A stretch of DNA of 52,570 nucleotides from a virus (lineage: Duplodnaviria; Caudoviricetes): positions 1 to 52,570 of IMG/VR virus record IMGVR_UViG_3300049482_000051, one strand, 5' to 3'. The first letter of the stretch is position 1. Every line of letters starts with the position of its first letter. This document shows, piece after piece, positions 8,873-18,368 of this stretch. The position numbers and the translations under genes are program-made. The notes beneath the pieces were generated by a model. It had not been told where the DNA came from and did not search any database. It worked only from the letters and a program-made list of their open reading frames with translations.

Positions 8873-9652
8873 TTAGAACTGCGGCGGATTCAGCGCGATT
8901 CCGGCCTTGAGGGCCTCGCGCACCGCATCAGTCATCGGACGGTCTGAACACTGGAGCCAGCCTTCCACTGCGTCTTTGAGGACAAGGTCCTCAGAGACTT
9001 TGGTTCTGTACTCCTCGAACGAAGCCAGCAACTTCACGGCATTGTCGCCGCTAATTGGCTCGACACCGCAGAACGCGGAGTCCCAGTTATACCCGCCGCC
9101 TTTATGCGGCTTGGTATCCGGCTTAATCATGACGGCCACTGGTCCCTGCAAGGACCTGACGGCCTTGATGCCGTCAACCACATTGTAGTAGTTGGGCGAG
9201 ACACCGACCACCATGAAACCGACCTTGTCCATGTAGACTAGGATTTCCATGAGCGGCTTGACATGCCCGACCTTAGAGGCTTCAAAGTCAAAGCTAGGCT
9301 GCTTCAACTTCGGGCACATCTGACGTGCCTTCGAGCAACCAGCGATGAGACCGATGTCATCGTCATTCTGCGGCTTTGCGAAAACCGCGAATGCCGGGGT
9401 CTCGTCGTCAGTCTTCTTGTCGTACCCGTTCTTCCAGGACAGGGCGCCAACCCGGTATCCGATGTAGATTGCGGGCTTGGCCTTGCCGTTGTCTGGCAGG
9501 AGGTCAAGGACAGTTGGGTCATTGCCCGGAGCGGGCGTGAAAATCTTGTCAGTCACCTTGATCGTCGGGAGCATGATGCCCGTGGCGGTGTCGGCGATGT
9601 CCAAGAACGCGGCGCTTGATTTCGCGAGGTTCGTAGTGAGTTCGTTAGTCAT
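8873..9652 (-). CDS. hypothetical protein, possibly ssDNA-binding
   Basis: 259 aa, beta-rich, with its own upstream promoter in the replication module. The function is inferred from context only. Confidence 0.4.
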   Translation of the reverse strand: MTNELTTNLAKSSAAFLDIADTATGIMLPTIKVTDKIFTPAPGNDPTVLDLLPDNGKAKPAIYIGYRVGALSWKNGYDKKTDDETPAFAVFAKPQNDDDIGLIAGCSKARQMCPKLKQPSFDFEASKVGHVKPLMEILVYMDKVGFMVVGVSPNYYNVVDGIKAVRSLQGPVAVMIKPDTKPHKGGGYNWDSAFCGVEPISGDNAVKLLASFEEYRTKVSEDLVLKDAVEGWLQCSDRPMTDAVREALKAGIALNPPQF

Positions 9653-9687
9653 TAGGTTTACCTTAGTATCCTGGGGTTATGTTACGC

Positions 9688-9714
9688 ACTCTAGTAGTCC
9701 TAGAGCCTCGTCAA
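9688..9714 (-). promoter_or_regulatory. sigma70-like promoter
   Basis: TTGACG-15 nt-TAGAGT, containing a CTCTAG/CTAGAG inverted repeat. Confidence 0.45.
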
Positions 9715-9718
9715 TAGG

Positions 9719-10264
9719 TTATTCTGACATGGTGATTACCGCACTCCTGACGCCAAACTGCTTAGCATGCTCAGGGTCGGTGAAACGTAGTTCCAGATGC
9801 AAGACGCCAGTTTCCTTGTACCTACGGCGCAAAGCTCCCCCGGTGTCATCAATACGCCAGGAGCGAGGGACGTCATAGGGCGGGAAGCCGGGGAAGCAGA
9901 GCACCACGTGCCGTCCCAGCATCTCACGAGGTCCCGCGATTCCGAAAGGTCGTTCAGAGACCAGAGTGCCATCGGCAGTTCTGGGTATCGGATGTCGTCG
10001 TCGGTGCTCATGATCTATAGCATCCCATGGTGTATATGCCCTGAAAATCGTTGTCGTCTGTGGCGTTGAAGCCTCGGGGAGCGACTGGGAGGGCGGCAAG
10101 GAAGTCCCAGAACTCGGGGCAGGGACGACGGGGATCAACTCGATGGGTGTTGCAGTCCCTTGCGTCTCCACCGTCATCATACCAGATGTGCTCGATATCA
10201 TCTGTAGAGCTAGTAGCCAGAATACAACTAAAAAACAGGGGTGGTAATAGCGGAACGATAGCAT
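9719..10264 (-). CDS. 3D (MltA-like) domain protein with N-terminal membrane anchor; candidate peptidoglycan-acting enzyme
   Basis: RAYT...TADG...IDDTGGAL...HLELRF...AKQFGVR matches the 3D domain pattern (TAY..TASG..DTGGAI..IDI..A..FG); hydrophobic N-terminus plus Pro/Thr linker. Confidence 0.7.
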   Translation of the reverse strand: MLSFRYYHPCFLVVFWLLALQMISSTSGMMTVETQGTATPIELIPVVPAPSSGTSLPPSQSLPEASTPQTTTIFRAYTPWDAIDHEHRRRHPIPRTADGTLVSERPFGIAGPREMLGRHVVLCFPGFPPYDVPRSWRIDDTGGALRRRYKETGVLHLELRFTDPEHAKQFGVRSAVITMSE

Positions 10265-10332
10265 CTGGGCGGATCCTTTGCATGAAGTCTGCGGTCATGA
10301 GGATATCGCGGGCCAGGGTCCAGGCGCCGCTG

Positions 10333-11859
10333 TCAAGTAAATCCCAGTCCGCACGCGCGCCGTACATCTTGAAAAGACGAGACCGATGCGTCGAATACCA
10401 TGCCGAGGCGGATACTCTCAAGGATATCTGACTGGAGCCGATTGGAAACAAGGTCTGTATGGGTGCACCGATGCACTTGGCCACGTCGACATGTGCGCGC
10501 GAGTGCCTGGTCATAGGATTCTGGTCTCCAACTGATGTCGGTGGCGACACTGCGACGGGCTCGGGTGAGTTCGATGCTGATGCCGACCGTCTCGATCTGG
10601 GCGAGGAAGCACTGAACGCCATTGGAGGCGGATTGAAAGCTGTGTACACAAGCGGATCGTCTCTCGTCCACCACCGTGCCGTCGACTCTGGCATACGTTA
10701 TTCCTTCTTCTTTGAGTTTAGTTTCGATGTAGTCTAGGCTCTCATGGTACTGGCAGAAGACGACGAGGGGTTGTCCGTCGCTCAATGTATCTAAGATATA
10801 TTGAGTCTTAACCTCTATGCCCTCATGTGCCAGCGCCTGCATGATGGCCATGTGATGAGGGATGCCTTCGTTGGCAGCGATGGCGCGGCGGACTTCGATA
10901 ACCGAGGCGGTATGAACGTCCATCCAGGGGCCGCCGAACTCTTCGGTCAGCTGGTCTTGTTCTGGGATAGTCACGGATTGCGTAACAATCGGGGACTTCT
11001 TAGTCAGCGCGCAGACATTGTGCCGAGCCACAAACTCCTGGAACTTGGTAGCGCCAGGACCCTGTGGTTTCAGAATCTTATAGTGCTTAGTGCCATTGAC
11101 GAAGATTTCTCCGAGGCACCCGAAGTGCGTGGCAGCGTTGAAGTTTGAGGAGAACCCGGCCAATCCTGGCACCGCTAGGTTCATGTTCACTAGGGCTCTT
11201 GGTATGCCCCCGTGAAACATGGTCCCTGAGAGACAGATACAGTCGTCCACTTTGAGTCTAAGCTTGAGGGCATGTTTAGTTCTTCGTGCGGTAATTCCAC
11301 CGAGTAAGTGCGACTCGTCCAGGATGAGCAGTCCTCCGGCGCTAGGAAAACCGGGCTCAAACTTGTGCAAGGAATCGATGGATACGAGAAATACGTCAGA
11401 GTACCCCATCGCTTTGAACCGAGGGATATATACTTTCCAGGCGGCGAAGGCGGTGAGGGTTGTAGCAATGATGACGGGACGGCCCCTAAGCTTTGCAGCC
11501 ACAGCTGAAGCGTAGACCTCTGCCGTGAGCGTCTTGCCAAGTCCGCAGCCGAGTGCCAGAACTCCTCCGGCGCTGGACATCTCTCCTGCTGCATAGAGTT
11601 GATAGGGGTCGGGCGGGTATAAAGTTCCCGATATGCCGATGACATTAGTTCTTCCACCTCGGAGGGCGTCAAGCCAGTAGTCCTGGCGGGCGAAGGGCAC
11701 ATCGTTGCTCCGGAGCCACTGACGCACAGCCTCTTTGCCGTGAGGTCCGAAGACCTCTGGGCTGGCGAGGGCGCTCATCGCGGCGAAGTAGGGCCAGTCA
11801 CTACGGACCAGCGTTTGTTTGCGGCCTTCGCAGAAGTAACCGGTGCTAGGGATAACCAC
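10333..11859 (-). CDS. SNF2-like superfamily 2 helicase
   Basis: GCGLGKT (Walker A), LILDESH, LSGT, LVVFCQ, QALARTCRRGQ. Confidence 0.9.
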   Translation of the reverse strand: MVIPSTGYFCEGRKQTLVRSDWPYFAAMSALASPEVFGPHGKEAVRQWLRSNDVPFARQDYWLDALRGGRTNVIGISGTLYPPDPYQLYAAGEMSSAGGVLALGCGLGKTLTAEVYASAVAAKLRGRPVIIATTLTAFAAWKVYIPRFKAMGYSDVFLVSIDSLHKFEPGFPSAGGLLILDESHLLGGITARRTKHALKLRLKVDDCICLSGTMFHGGIPRALVNMNLAVPGLAGFSSNFNAATHFGCLGEIFVNGTKHYKILKPQGPGATKFQEFVARHNVCALTKKSPIVTQSVTIPEQDQLTEEFGGPWMDVHTASVIEVRRAIAANEGIPHHMAIMQALAHEGIEVKTQYILDTLSDGQPLVVFCQYHESLDYIETKLKEEGITYARVDGTVVDERRSACVHSFQSASNGVQCFLAQIETVGISIELTRARRSVATDISWRPESYDQALARTCRRGQVHRCTHTDLVSNRLQSDILESIRLGMVFDASVSSFQDVRRACGLGFT

Positions 11860-11860
11860 G

Positions 11861-11947
11861 TTAGAACTGCTTCCTAAAGGGCCAGGTGAGGAACCGGAAA
11901 CACCAGAAGATCGCGTAGAGACAGGCAGTCATAGCGTCTAGGAGCAT
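11861..11947 (-). CDS. small hydrophobic peptide (28 aa, not in the ORF track)
   Basis: MLLDAMTACLYAIFWCFRFLTWPFRKQF; TAATG overlap with the polymerase stop, and fills the gap exactly. Confidence 0.45.
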   Translation of the reverse strand: MLLDAMTACLYAIFWCFRFLTWPFRKQF

Positions 11948-14079
11948 TACGCTACCTCCTTGAGTACACTGTAATCTCCGGCATCCATGCGAGGCCAGAA
12001 TTGTTTTTGACACCACTTCTCGTCGTCCCAAAGACTCTTAGAGACTGTGACTGACTTGGGGTCTACATTAATTGCCCATGAATATCCAAGTGTATTCCCC
12101 GGTCCGAAGACTTTGAGCATGTCGTGGCGCGCTTTGAGGACGCACTCGGGCTCGGCTTTCGTGAGGATGAACGCTTCGTCGTGGATCGAGATTTGGATTT
12201 CGTGGCCCATGTCTTCGAGTTCGAGTTGCCCTTTGACGAGCGCGCACCTCGCGAAGAACTGGATGAAGTTTTCGATGGCGATGTTCGGAGTGAAGGCGCG
12301 CGGGGGCTTGTGGCCTGCGAGCACGGAGGTAAGACATGCACCTCGCAGTGTCTCTCGAACCGCCAGATCCCGCCAGCACACGCTCGCAGGCCATTGAGCA
12401 TATCGGGCTCGTACGGAGGAACCTCCGAGACTACGATCGACAAACAGCTCAAGCAGGTTGCGGTCTGGAGCACCCGGTAGTTCGTATAGGGCTTGTAGGG
12501 CTGAACTTGGGTCATGGGCATACGACAGGCGGGACACAGCGGCTTCCATCCAGCGGCCCAGTCTGGCAAACTCGGGGTGGCGTTGGTGGAACAACTCATG
12601 GACCTTCTCTCCTACGACTCCGATGATTTCGTGACATCCGAGAATCTTGACGTGACCACGGGTGCGCCCCGAACAGCGAGACCACCGTCGTTCTTCCGCC
12701 AGAGTGCAGAGATCAGCAATCGAAACGTCTCCTCTTGCGACCACCTGGAGCAACTGTCCCATCCAGGTTTTGATCCCCATGAGGTACCCGAGTCCAAGGA
12801 CGGCGGCTTTGAAGATTTGGCGTAGCGCTTTGCCGTTCGGTGTTGTCGGGTCGATCTTGAGACCCGTCGACCACTCACCGAAAGCCACATAGGGGTCGGC
12901 GAATAGGTCTTCGGTAAAGAGGTGTTGTATGTACTCGGACCCAGCCACCAGTCCTTCGACTCGGTACTCCACGTTTGCGAAGTCTCCTCGGACCCAAATG
13001 TATCCTTCGGGTAGGACGAAGCTGCGGCGGAAAGGCTCAGCAATGAGCTTGTTATGCTTCGGACAGTTGTGGAGGTTAAGGCCTTTTGTACCTTCGTTGC
13101 GCGAGGCAAACCGCAGCGTATGCGCAGCCGCATAACTAATCTCACAGTCTACGGCTAGGACGCCAGAGAACTTACGTAGGCCTCGGCCATAGCTGAGGTA
13201 CTTGTTCAGTTCTGACGTCTTGGTGATGGTAGTCCGTCCGGCGTCCGACATGTCGGCGAGTTCGGCGGGGTTTATTTTCTTCAGTGATATCGACTTTTTC
13301 GTAAAGTCGATAGCGAGTCGATCCAGGAGCAAAGCCTTAATGGCATGCGGCTTCACTGACTTCGGGGACATCTTGAGTGCTTCATCAATTGAGGTGGGAG
13401 CCACGTCCCCATGCCATCCGAAGGCTTTGAGAATCTCCGGGTCATCGTCAAACGCATGGGCGACTTCAAGAGCCGCAGCGCCCGAGGCGTTCGCCATGTT
13501 CTCTACGGCAGCGAGGACTTGGTCCTGGTCGACCTCGAAGTAGAGGCGCTTGGCTCGGTTGCTCAGTTCACAGACGCGGAGTTCACTTGGAGAGACTAGT
13601 TTCAGAACTCGAAGATGGATTTCCCGTAGCGCCGCAACGTCGGCCACGCAGTATTGGGCGAGTTCCTCACCTGATGAGGTGAGTAGATCCACCTTGAGCT
13701 TTTTATACTTGAGACCAAGGGTAACTGAGAGGTTGTCGAGGGAGTAGCCACCGGGCTGGTTCGGCCAGGCAGCCCGAGATAGCTCCATGGCGCAAACCAT
13801 CCGCTTGGGGTACGGTAGGCCCAGCGTGTAATGCAGCACCCGGGAGTCAAAGGAACTATTGAATGCCACGAATACGACGTCCTCACACTCACCCAGTTCA
13901 CGCAGGTAAGCGAGAAGTCCTTCGCCGGGCTTTCCAACATGGTATTTAATCTCCTCGCCGTCCAAGGCATAGGCCAACATGGTCACTTCGGTCTGCTCAC
14001 AGTACGACCGGGTGGTCATCTTGGTCAGCCGAAGATCCTTGGTCATCTTCGTTTCAAAGTCGTAGTAGAAATAACGCAT
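11947..14079 (-). CDS. family A DNA polymerase with 3'-5' exonuclease (SPO2/APSE-like)
   Basis: Exo motifs YDFET, FNSSFD, YCVAD; polymerase motif A GDFANVEYRV, motif B RQIFKAAVLGLGY, motif C IHDE; ENFIQ. Confidence 0.92.
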   Translation of the reverse strand: MRYFYYDFETKMTKDLRLTKMTTRSYCEQTEVTMLAYALDGEEIKYHVGKPGEGLLAYLRELGECEDVVFVAFNSSFDSRVLHYTLGLPYPKRMVCAMELSRAAWPNQPGGYSLDNLSVTLGLKYKKLKVDLLTSSGEELAQYCVADVAALREIHLRVLKLVSPSELRVCELSNRAKRLYFEVDQDQVLAAVENMANASGAAALEVAHAFDDDPEILKAFGWHGDVAPTSIDEALKMSPKSVKPHAIKALLLDRLAIDFTKKSISLKKINPAELADMSDAGRTTITKTSELNKYLSYGRGLRKFSGVLAVDCEISYAAAHTLRFASRNEGTKGLNLHNCPKHNKLIAEPFRRSFVLPEGYIWVRGDFANVEYRVEGLVAGSEYIQHLFTEDLFADPYVAFGEWSTGLKIDPTTPNGKALRQIFKAAVLGLGYLMGIKTWMGQLLQVVARGDVSIADLCTLAEERRWSRCSGRTRGHVKILGCHEIIGVVGEKVHELFHQRHPEFARLGRWMEAAVSRLSYAHDPSSALQALYELPGAPDRNLLELFVDRSLGGSSVRARYAQWPASVCWRDLAVRETLRGACLTSVLAGHKPPRAFTPNIAIENFIQFFARCALVKGQLELEDMGHEIQISIHDEAFILTKAEPECVLKARHDMLKVFGPGNTLGYSWAINVDPKSVTVSKSLWDDEKWCQKQFWPRMDAGDYSVLKEVA

Positions 14080-16505
14080 TAAGTTCCTTCTAAGGCGCTA
14101 TGGAACTCAAACCGATCATTAACACGACTAAGCTTCCACCCTTGTACTGCGCCCGGTTCTCCCGGGAGCAGCCAGGTATCCCCGTTCCCCGGCACCGCCT
14201 CGTTCAGGCTATCCGTGAGCGCCATGAGCACGGCACGGTTAGACACGCGGCGATTGGATCCCGTGAGAGCCTGCACATAGTCCTGATACGGACGCCCCGC
14301 CATGTTATACGTCTCGGCCCAGGCGTTGAGCAGATCCTTGGTATTGCAGCCAGTCCGGCCACTCACAGCGGCACAGTTCTGCTTGAAGCGCTTGAAGTCG
14401 TCAATGCTCATGCCATCAAAGAGGTATGAGATACGCAACTTCAATGCCGTGCCAAACTCCATAGCAGCCACGAGGCCCGAGTCCACCGCAGTGATGACGT
14501 GGCTACGGAGCCGACGCTGCATCAGGTCGAACGCGGTGTCGAGTAGCGCATAGCCTTCTTCCATGTCGACTTTAGCTCGCTGCATGAGAATTGCGCAGGC
14601 AAGGGTACGATGCGAGTCAAATCGGAGGCCCCTGGAGGAAGATTGTCGGCCCATAGCTTTGTAGACTTGAGCAAGACTCGTTTTCTCCAGGAAGGCGTGC
14701 ATCCCGAGACGCATTCGGAGGCTAAGTGCGCCGGTACGAATTTCTTCGAGAACATCTGAGCGCTTGCGCATCTCATCAGTAAGCGGGCCAAGCCAGTGAG
14801 CCAGGCTGCGATTTTGAATGTCTGGTGGGACTTCGTACACTTTAGCGCTGAACACAGGGCTGGATCTGAAGGCAACAGTACCCTCATTCTCGTACACCCG
14901 TCCCGAAGCCACGCTAGATCCCGTACAAAGCGACTGCATATTGTCGTGAGAGAGGATGTGGGTCTGATTCTTTGGCGGGCGAAACTCATCGACTGCGATG
15001 CTGCCCGTCGTCCGAATCTCGCCTGCAACTGTACGAATGTCTGGAGCGCTAGACGAATCGTTGATCGAGACAAGCCGCGAGATTGCTGGGTTCGTTGCCT
15101 TGGCGTAGACCAGCGTCGCTTGAGACTTCCCTTGGTTCGTTGAGTTGGACGGCGACGGATCTGAGGGCATGAACACGACAGCCGGGTACTCCACGGCCAA
15201 CTCGGGGCGCGAGTGACGGAGAAGGGAAGCCGCGATTGGAACATCGAGCAGAGTCTTGAGAGCAAGAGTTGCTTTTTCATCTGCGCACCATGAGGTATCG
15301 TAGTTAGGGAAGGCTCCCAGGAAGATGTCAGAGGGCCAGGATTCTTCGTAGGTCTTTGGGAGGCCAGACGCGAAAACGCGGCGCTCGTCTCCGAAAGATG
15401 CCGGGTTCGTACAATTCCAGTCAAAGTCAAGCACTTGTGGTTGGTCAAGTGTCTCCCTCGAAATAATGCCGCCAATAGCGGACCACAAGCCCGACATCCG
15501 GAGTCCCGTTTGGTAGAACCCGTGGAAAGACGAGGTATCTGGTACTGCCATACTCCACGGTCCGCCCAATACGTTTGGGGGCAGCAGCATAAGGCTGCGT
15601 TTCCGGAGCAAGTGGTTCGTCTCCAGGCTGCTCAGGATACTCTGCATCGCCAGGGTCGTCAGCCATTCGGTTTTGCCTTTATTGGATTTAGAATCTAAGG
15701 CTGCCAGGATACTGGTGCGTGCGGTGTGTGAGGAAGCAAAGGTATTAGAGCGTTCTAAGGGGATTACGGAACTAAGCCCTCCGTGATGGGCGATGATTTC
15801 CTGAGTCGTGGAAACTCTTACGTGTTTCAAAACATGCAGGAGTGCCACCATATTCAGCCAGCGAGGAGCATAGCCCTCCGCCGTATCTCCGAGGGCGCGA
15901 CGGGTCTTGGTCCACTGGATCCAGCCTAATTGGCTTGGCCATCCTGTGGTTGCGTGGGCCTTGAGTAGGGATTCATTCCAATCTTGCTCCGACTCATCGG
16001 GGCTGAAAGGACACCCAGGAGCGATTGACGTTAGCTCATGGGCCAGACGGGCATGGCTGACAAAGCCAGCACCGGCAATGAAGCACCGGATTCGAGACCA
16101 AACGAACTCAGCGGTTTTCTCATCTAGGGATTCCGGAAGAAATCCATAGATTGCGGACAACTGACACCAACGGATCCACACTTCAAGTCCAGTCCCGGGC
16201 GAGGCCCTCCAGGCTGGTGCCGCTTCGGCAAGGATCTCGTCAAACACACTATTCGCGCCCTCGGAGTCATTACCCAGCTTGAACATCTTTTCGCCGTAGA
16301 TGGCCATAGAAACATCAGCAGCCCGAGTGTAGGGCTCGCGGAGTTTCCCAACTCGTGCGATAAAGTCTGTCCAAACTTCGTCCTCATTCTTACTTTCCAA
16401 GAAATCTACATATTCCTCGACAACGTCATCAGGGGCACCCTCGGGTTTATGTGCATTCCAGTAGTTCCGTTTGCTGGCGTCGTCGGGGAACTGTAGAGTC
16501 GGCAT
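14079..16505 (-). CDS. divergent P-loop (AAA+/SF3-like) replicative helicase candidate
   Basis: NQGKS (Walker A-like), IAVDE (Walker B), VFSAK and PPDIQNRS (arginine-finger-like); directly upstream of the polymerase. Confidence 0.55.
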   Translation of the reverse strand: MPTLQFPDDASKRNYWNAHKPEGAPDDVVEEYVDFLESKNEDEVWTDFIARVGKLREPYTRAADVSMAIYGEKMFKLGNDSEGANSVFDEILAEAAPAWRASPGTGLEVWIRWCQLSAIYGFLPESLDEKTAEFVWSRIRCFIAGAGFVSHARLAHELTSIAPGCPFSPDESEQDWNESLLKAHATTGWPSQLGWIQWTKTRRALGDTAEGYAPRWLNMVALLHVLKHVRVSTTQEIIAHHGGLSSVIPLERSNTFASSHTARTSILAALDSKSNKGKTEWLTTLAMQSILSSLETNHLLRKRSLMLLPPNVLGGPWSMAVPDTSSFHGFYQTGLRMSGLWSAIGGIISRETLDQPQVLDFDWNCTNPASFGDERRVFASGLPKTYEESWPSDIFLGAFPNYDTSWCADEKATLALKTLLDVPIAASLLRHSRPELAVEYPAVVFMPSDPSPSNSTNQGKSQATLVYAKATNPAISRLVSINDSSSAPDIRTVAGEIRTTGSIAVDEFRPPKNQTHILSHDNMQSLCTGSSVASGRVYENEGTVAFRSSPVFSAKVYEVPPDIQNRSLAHWLGPLTDEMRKRSDVLEEIRTGALSLRMRLGMHAFLEKTSLAQVYKAMGRQSSSRGLRFDSHRTLACAILMQRAKVDMEEGYALLDTAFDLMQRRLRSHVITAVDSGLVAAMEFGTALKLRISYLFDGMSIDDFKRFKQNCAAVSGRTGCNTKDLLNAWAETYNMAGRPYQDYVQALTGSNRRVSNRAVLMALTDSLNEAVPGNGDTWLLPGEPGAVQGWKLSRVNDRFEFHSALEGT

Positions 16506-16513
16506 AGGTCAAC

Positions 16514-16542
16514 TTTCTAGAGAGCTTACTACAGTAAGTCAA
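16514..16542 (-). promoter_or_regulatory. sigma70-like promoter, probably giving a leaderless or near-leaderless mRNA
   Basis: TTGACT-17 nt-TAGAAA, 8 nt before the ATG at 16505; CTTACT/AGTAAG inverted repeat. Confidence 0.45.
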
Positions 16543-16548
16543 GCGAAT

Positions 16549-16791
16549 TCAGAAGCTAACGGGCGTTCCGAGAGACAAGGACACGGGAACTACTTCCCAT
16601 AAGGGACCTTGTAGCGGAGTAACCCATTGTTTGGTTTCGTAATCGAATCTCCGGACAGGGCGGCTTCGGCGACGGGCGACGGCTTTTGCTCCTCCAAGGG
16701 TGTAAAGTTTCGGAGTTGCGTTCAGTCGCCAGAGACTCAGATAGCCTTGTGGGCTCCGTACGAAGTAGTATTGAACGTCGAGTTGTGGCAT
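16549..16791 (-). CDS. hypothetical protein
   Basis: 80 aa ORF immediately after the GATase stop. Confidence 0.55.
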   Translation of the reverse strand: MPQLDVQYYFVRSPQGYLSLWRLNATPKLYTLGGAKAVARRRSRPVRRFDYETKQWVTPLQGPLWEVVPVSLSLGTPVSF

Positions 16792-16794
16792 GGC

Positions 16795-18327
16795 TTACCC
16801 TTTGGCGCCTACGAGAGTTTGTTCTTCCGGATCCCCGTCAATCGTCACGCTAAGCACTTCGTCGTACTTGGCTTGGATGCTGATACCCAGGTCACTCTTG
16901 ACGGTGAAGGTGTCGCGGTCCATGGCGGTCAAGCGACCGTCGAAGGCATGGGACTTCGCCAGAGTCTCGACGACCACATGGCAGCCGAGGTGATTCTGGA
17001 GGTCCTTCATCCTCGGTAGACTGAGCGTCAGTTGCGACGTGATGTCAGCGATGAAGCCCCAAGAGACTTGGCCAGTCCCGCCGTCATGGCGCTCATAGGA
17101 TAGGCCGATGTCGCTGATGGACGTGCAGACCCCGACGCGCTTCTCGTCGTTATTCAGGACGATCACGACACGCCGACCGATGAAGATACCCGCGTTGTTT
17201 GAGTGCCACACGGGCGTCAGAGTAACCGTGGAGGTCTCTTTGTTGGCCAGGTAGTCATTGATCGCGGCCTCGTCGGCAGCCGTGGCAGCTTCCAGGGCAT
17301 CCGTGTCGTCCTTAGGCTCTGCGAAGGCCAGGAGCGCGTCAGGTACGCCGGCGAGTTCTTTGGCGCTAAGGAGCTTCATGGCCCAGCGAACGGAGGGCTT
17401 GGTGGGCTTGAGGGTTTCGACTTGTTCGAGGACAAAGTCCAGGAAGTCCTCGCCCTCCTCGGGCAACCAGTCGTACCGATCGACTGCGTGCTTCAGGTCT
17501 TTGGCTTCGTCGATAGTCAGGATCTTGCGATGGACCAGAGAGCCGCAGCGCTTACCGAAGTTATCAGTAGCTTTCTTCCGAGCCTCTTTGTATGTCTCCA
17601 TGCGCTTTTTGGCCGCTTCGTGGTCGTACCCTTGGTTAGTCCCAGTATTGCTGCTGCTCCCGGCGTCTGGCTTCGTCGATGGACTGTTGCCAGTTTGCAT
17701 TGCTCGGCCCTGACGAAAATTTCCGGCCTGTGATCCTCCGGCCTGATGTGCTGGTGCCTTGTAAACCTGGTACCCCATGTTCGAGTAGATGAGGCCTGTC
17801 TCCTTGTCCTCGTACCAGCCACTCTTGTTCAGGAGAACCACGCCGCGTGGCTCGATCACGGCTACCTTGTTGCCGCCTCCCATATACTCCTCGACCAGAT
17901 GCTGCCATGGACGCTCCATGTACCAGCCGTCAGGCAGCTTGGTCAAGATGTCCTCAGTGAAGGCCGAGGTATCCGAGCGGCCCTTGCCATACTCCACGAG
18001 CTTCTGGTAGGGCAGGATGCCGTTGTGGGCCATCGCAACCTTGCCGTCCTTGACCCAAAACGGATGAGTATTGGCCTCGTCCTTGGATCCGTGGGTGCCG
18101 ATGCGGAAGTGCAGCATGTAGAAGATGTCTTTGGCTGGCAGGTCCAGCAGAGGCTGCATGGCGGCTCGGAAGTCTGCGAACTTCATGAGGCCCTTGACGA
18201 CGCTGATGCCGCCATTGACATCGGGGTAGGCGATGCCTGCACCGTCTGGATTACGGCTCCACATTTGCTGGAGAACTTCGTCCGTTGGGTGCGAAGCGCC
18301 GGAGACTTTGACTGCGATGATGCACAT
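16795..18327 (-). CDS. class II (Ntn) glutamine amidotransferase with a long C-terminal extension
   Basis: Catalytic Cys2 (MCIIAVK), NPDGAG, HFRIGTHG, NTHPF, AHNGIL, SDT. Confidence 0.9.
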   Translation of the reverse strand: MCIIAVKVSGASHPTDEVLQQMWSRNPDGAGIAYPDVNGGISVVKGLMKFADFRAAMQPLLDLPAKDIFYMLHFRIGTHGSKDEANTHPFWVKDGKVAMAHNGILPYQKLVEYGKGRSDTSAFTEDILTKLPDGWYMERPWQHLVEEYMGGGNKVAVIEPRGVVLLNKSGWYEDKETGLIYSNMGYQVYKAPAHQAGGSQAGNFRQGRAMQTGNSPSTKPDAGSSSNTGTNQGYDHEAAKKRMETYKEARKKATDNFGKRCGSLVHRKILTIDEAKDLKHAVDRYDWLPEEGEDFLDFVLEQVETLKPTKPSVRWAMKLLSAKELAGVPDALLAFAEPKDDTDALEAATAADEAAINDYLANKETSTVTLTPVWHSNNAGIFIGRRVVIVLNNDEKRVGVCTSISDIGLSYERHDGGTGQVSWGFIADITSQLTLSLPRMKDLQNHLGCHVVVETLAKSHAFDGRLTAMDRDTFTVKSDLGISIQAKYDEVLSVTIDGDPEEQTLVGAKG

Positions 18328-18368
18328 GGGTAACGTCCTGTATCTTAGGTTTAGGGTTTTTGGTTGGT

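Noticed and set aside
10008-10694. 228 aa minus-strand ORF overlapping the helicase and 3D genes
   Set aside because: Alternative frame over two motif-supported genes, with low-complexity translation.
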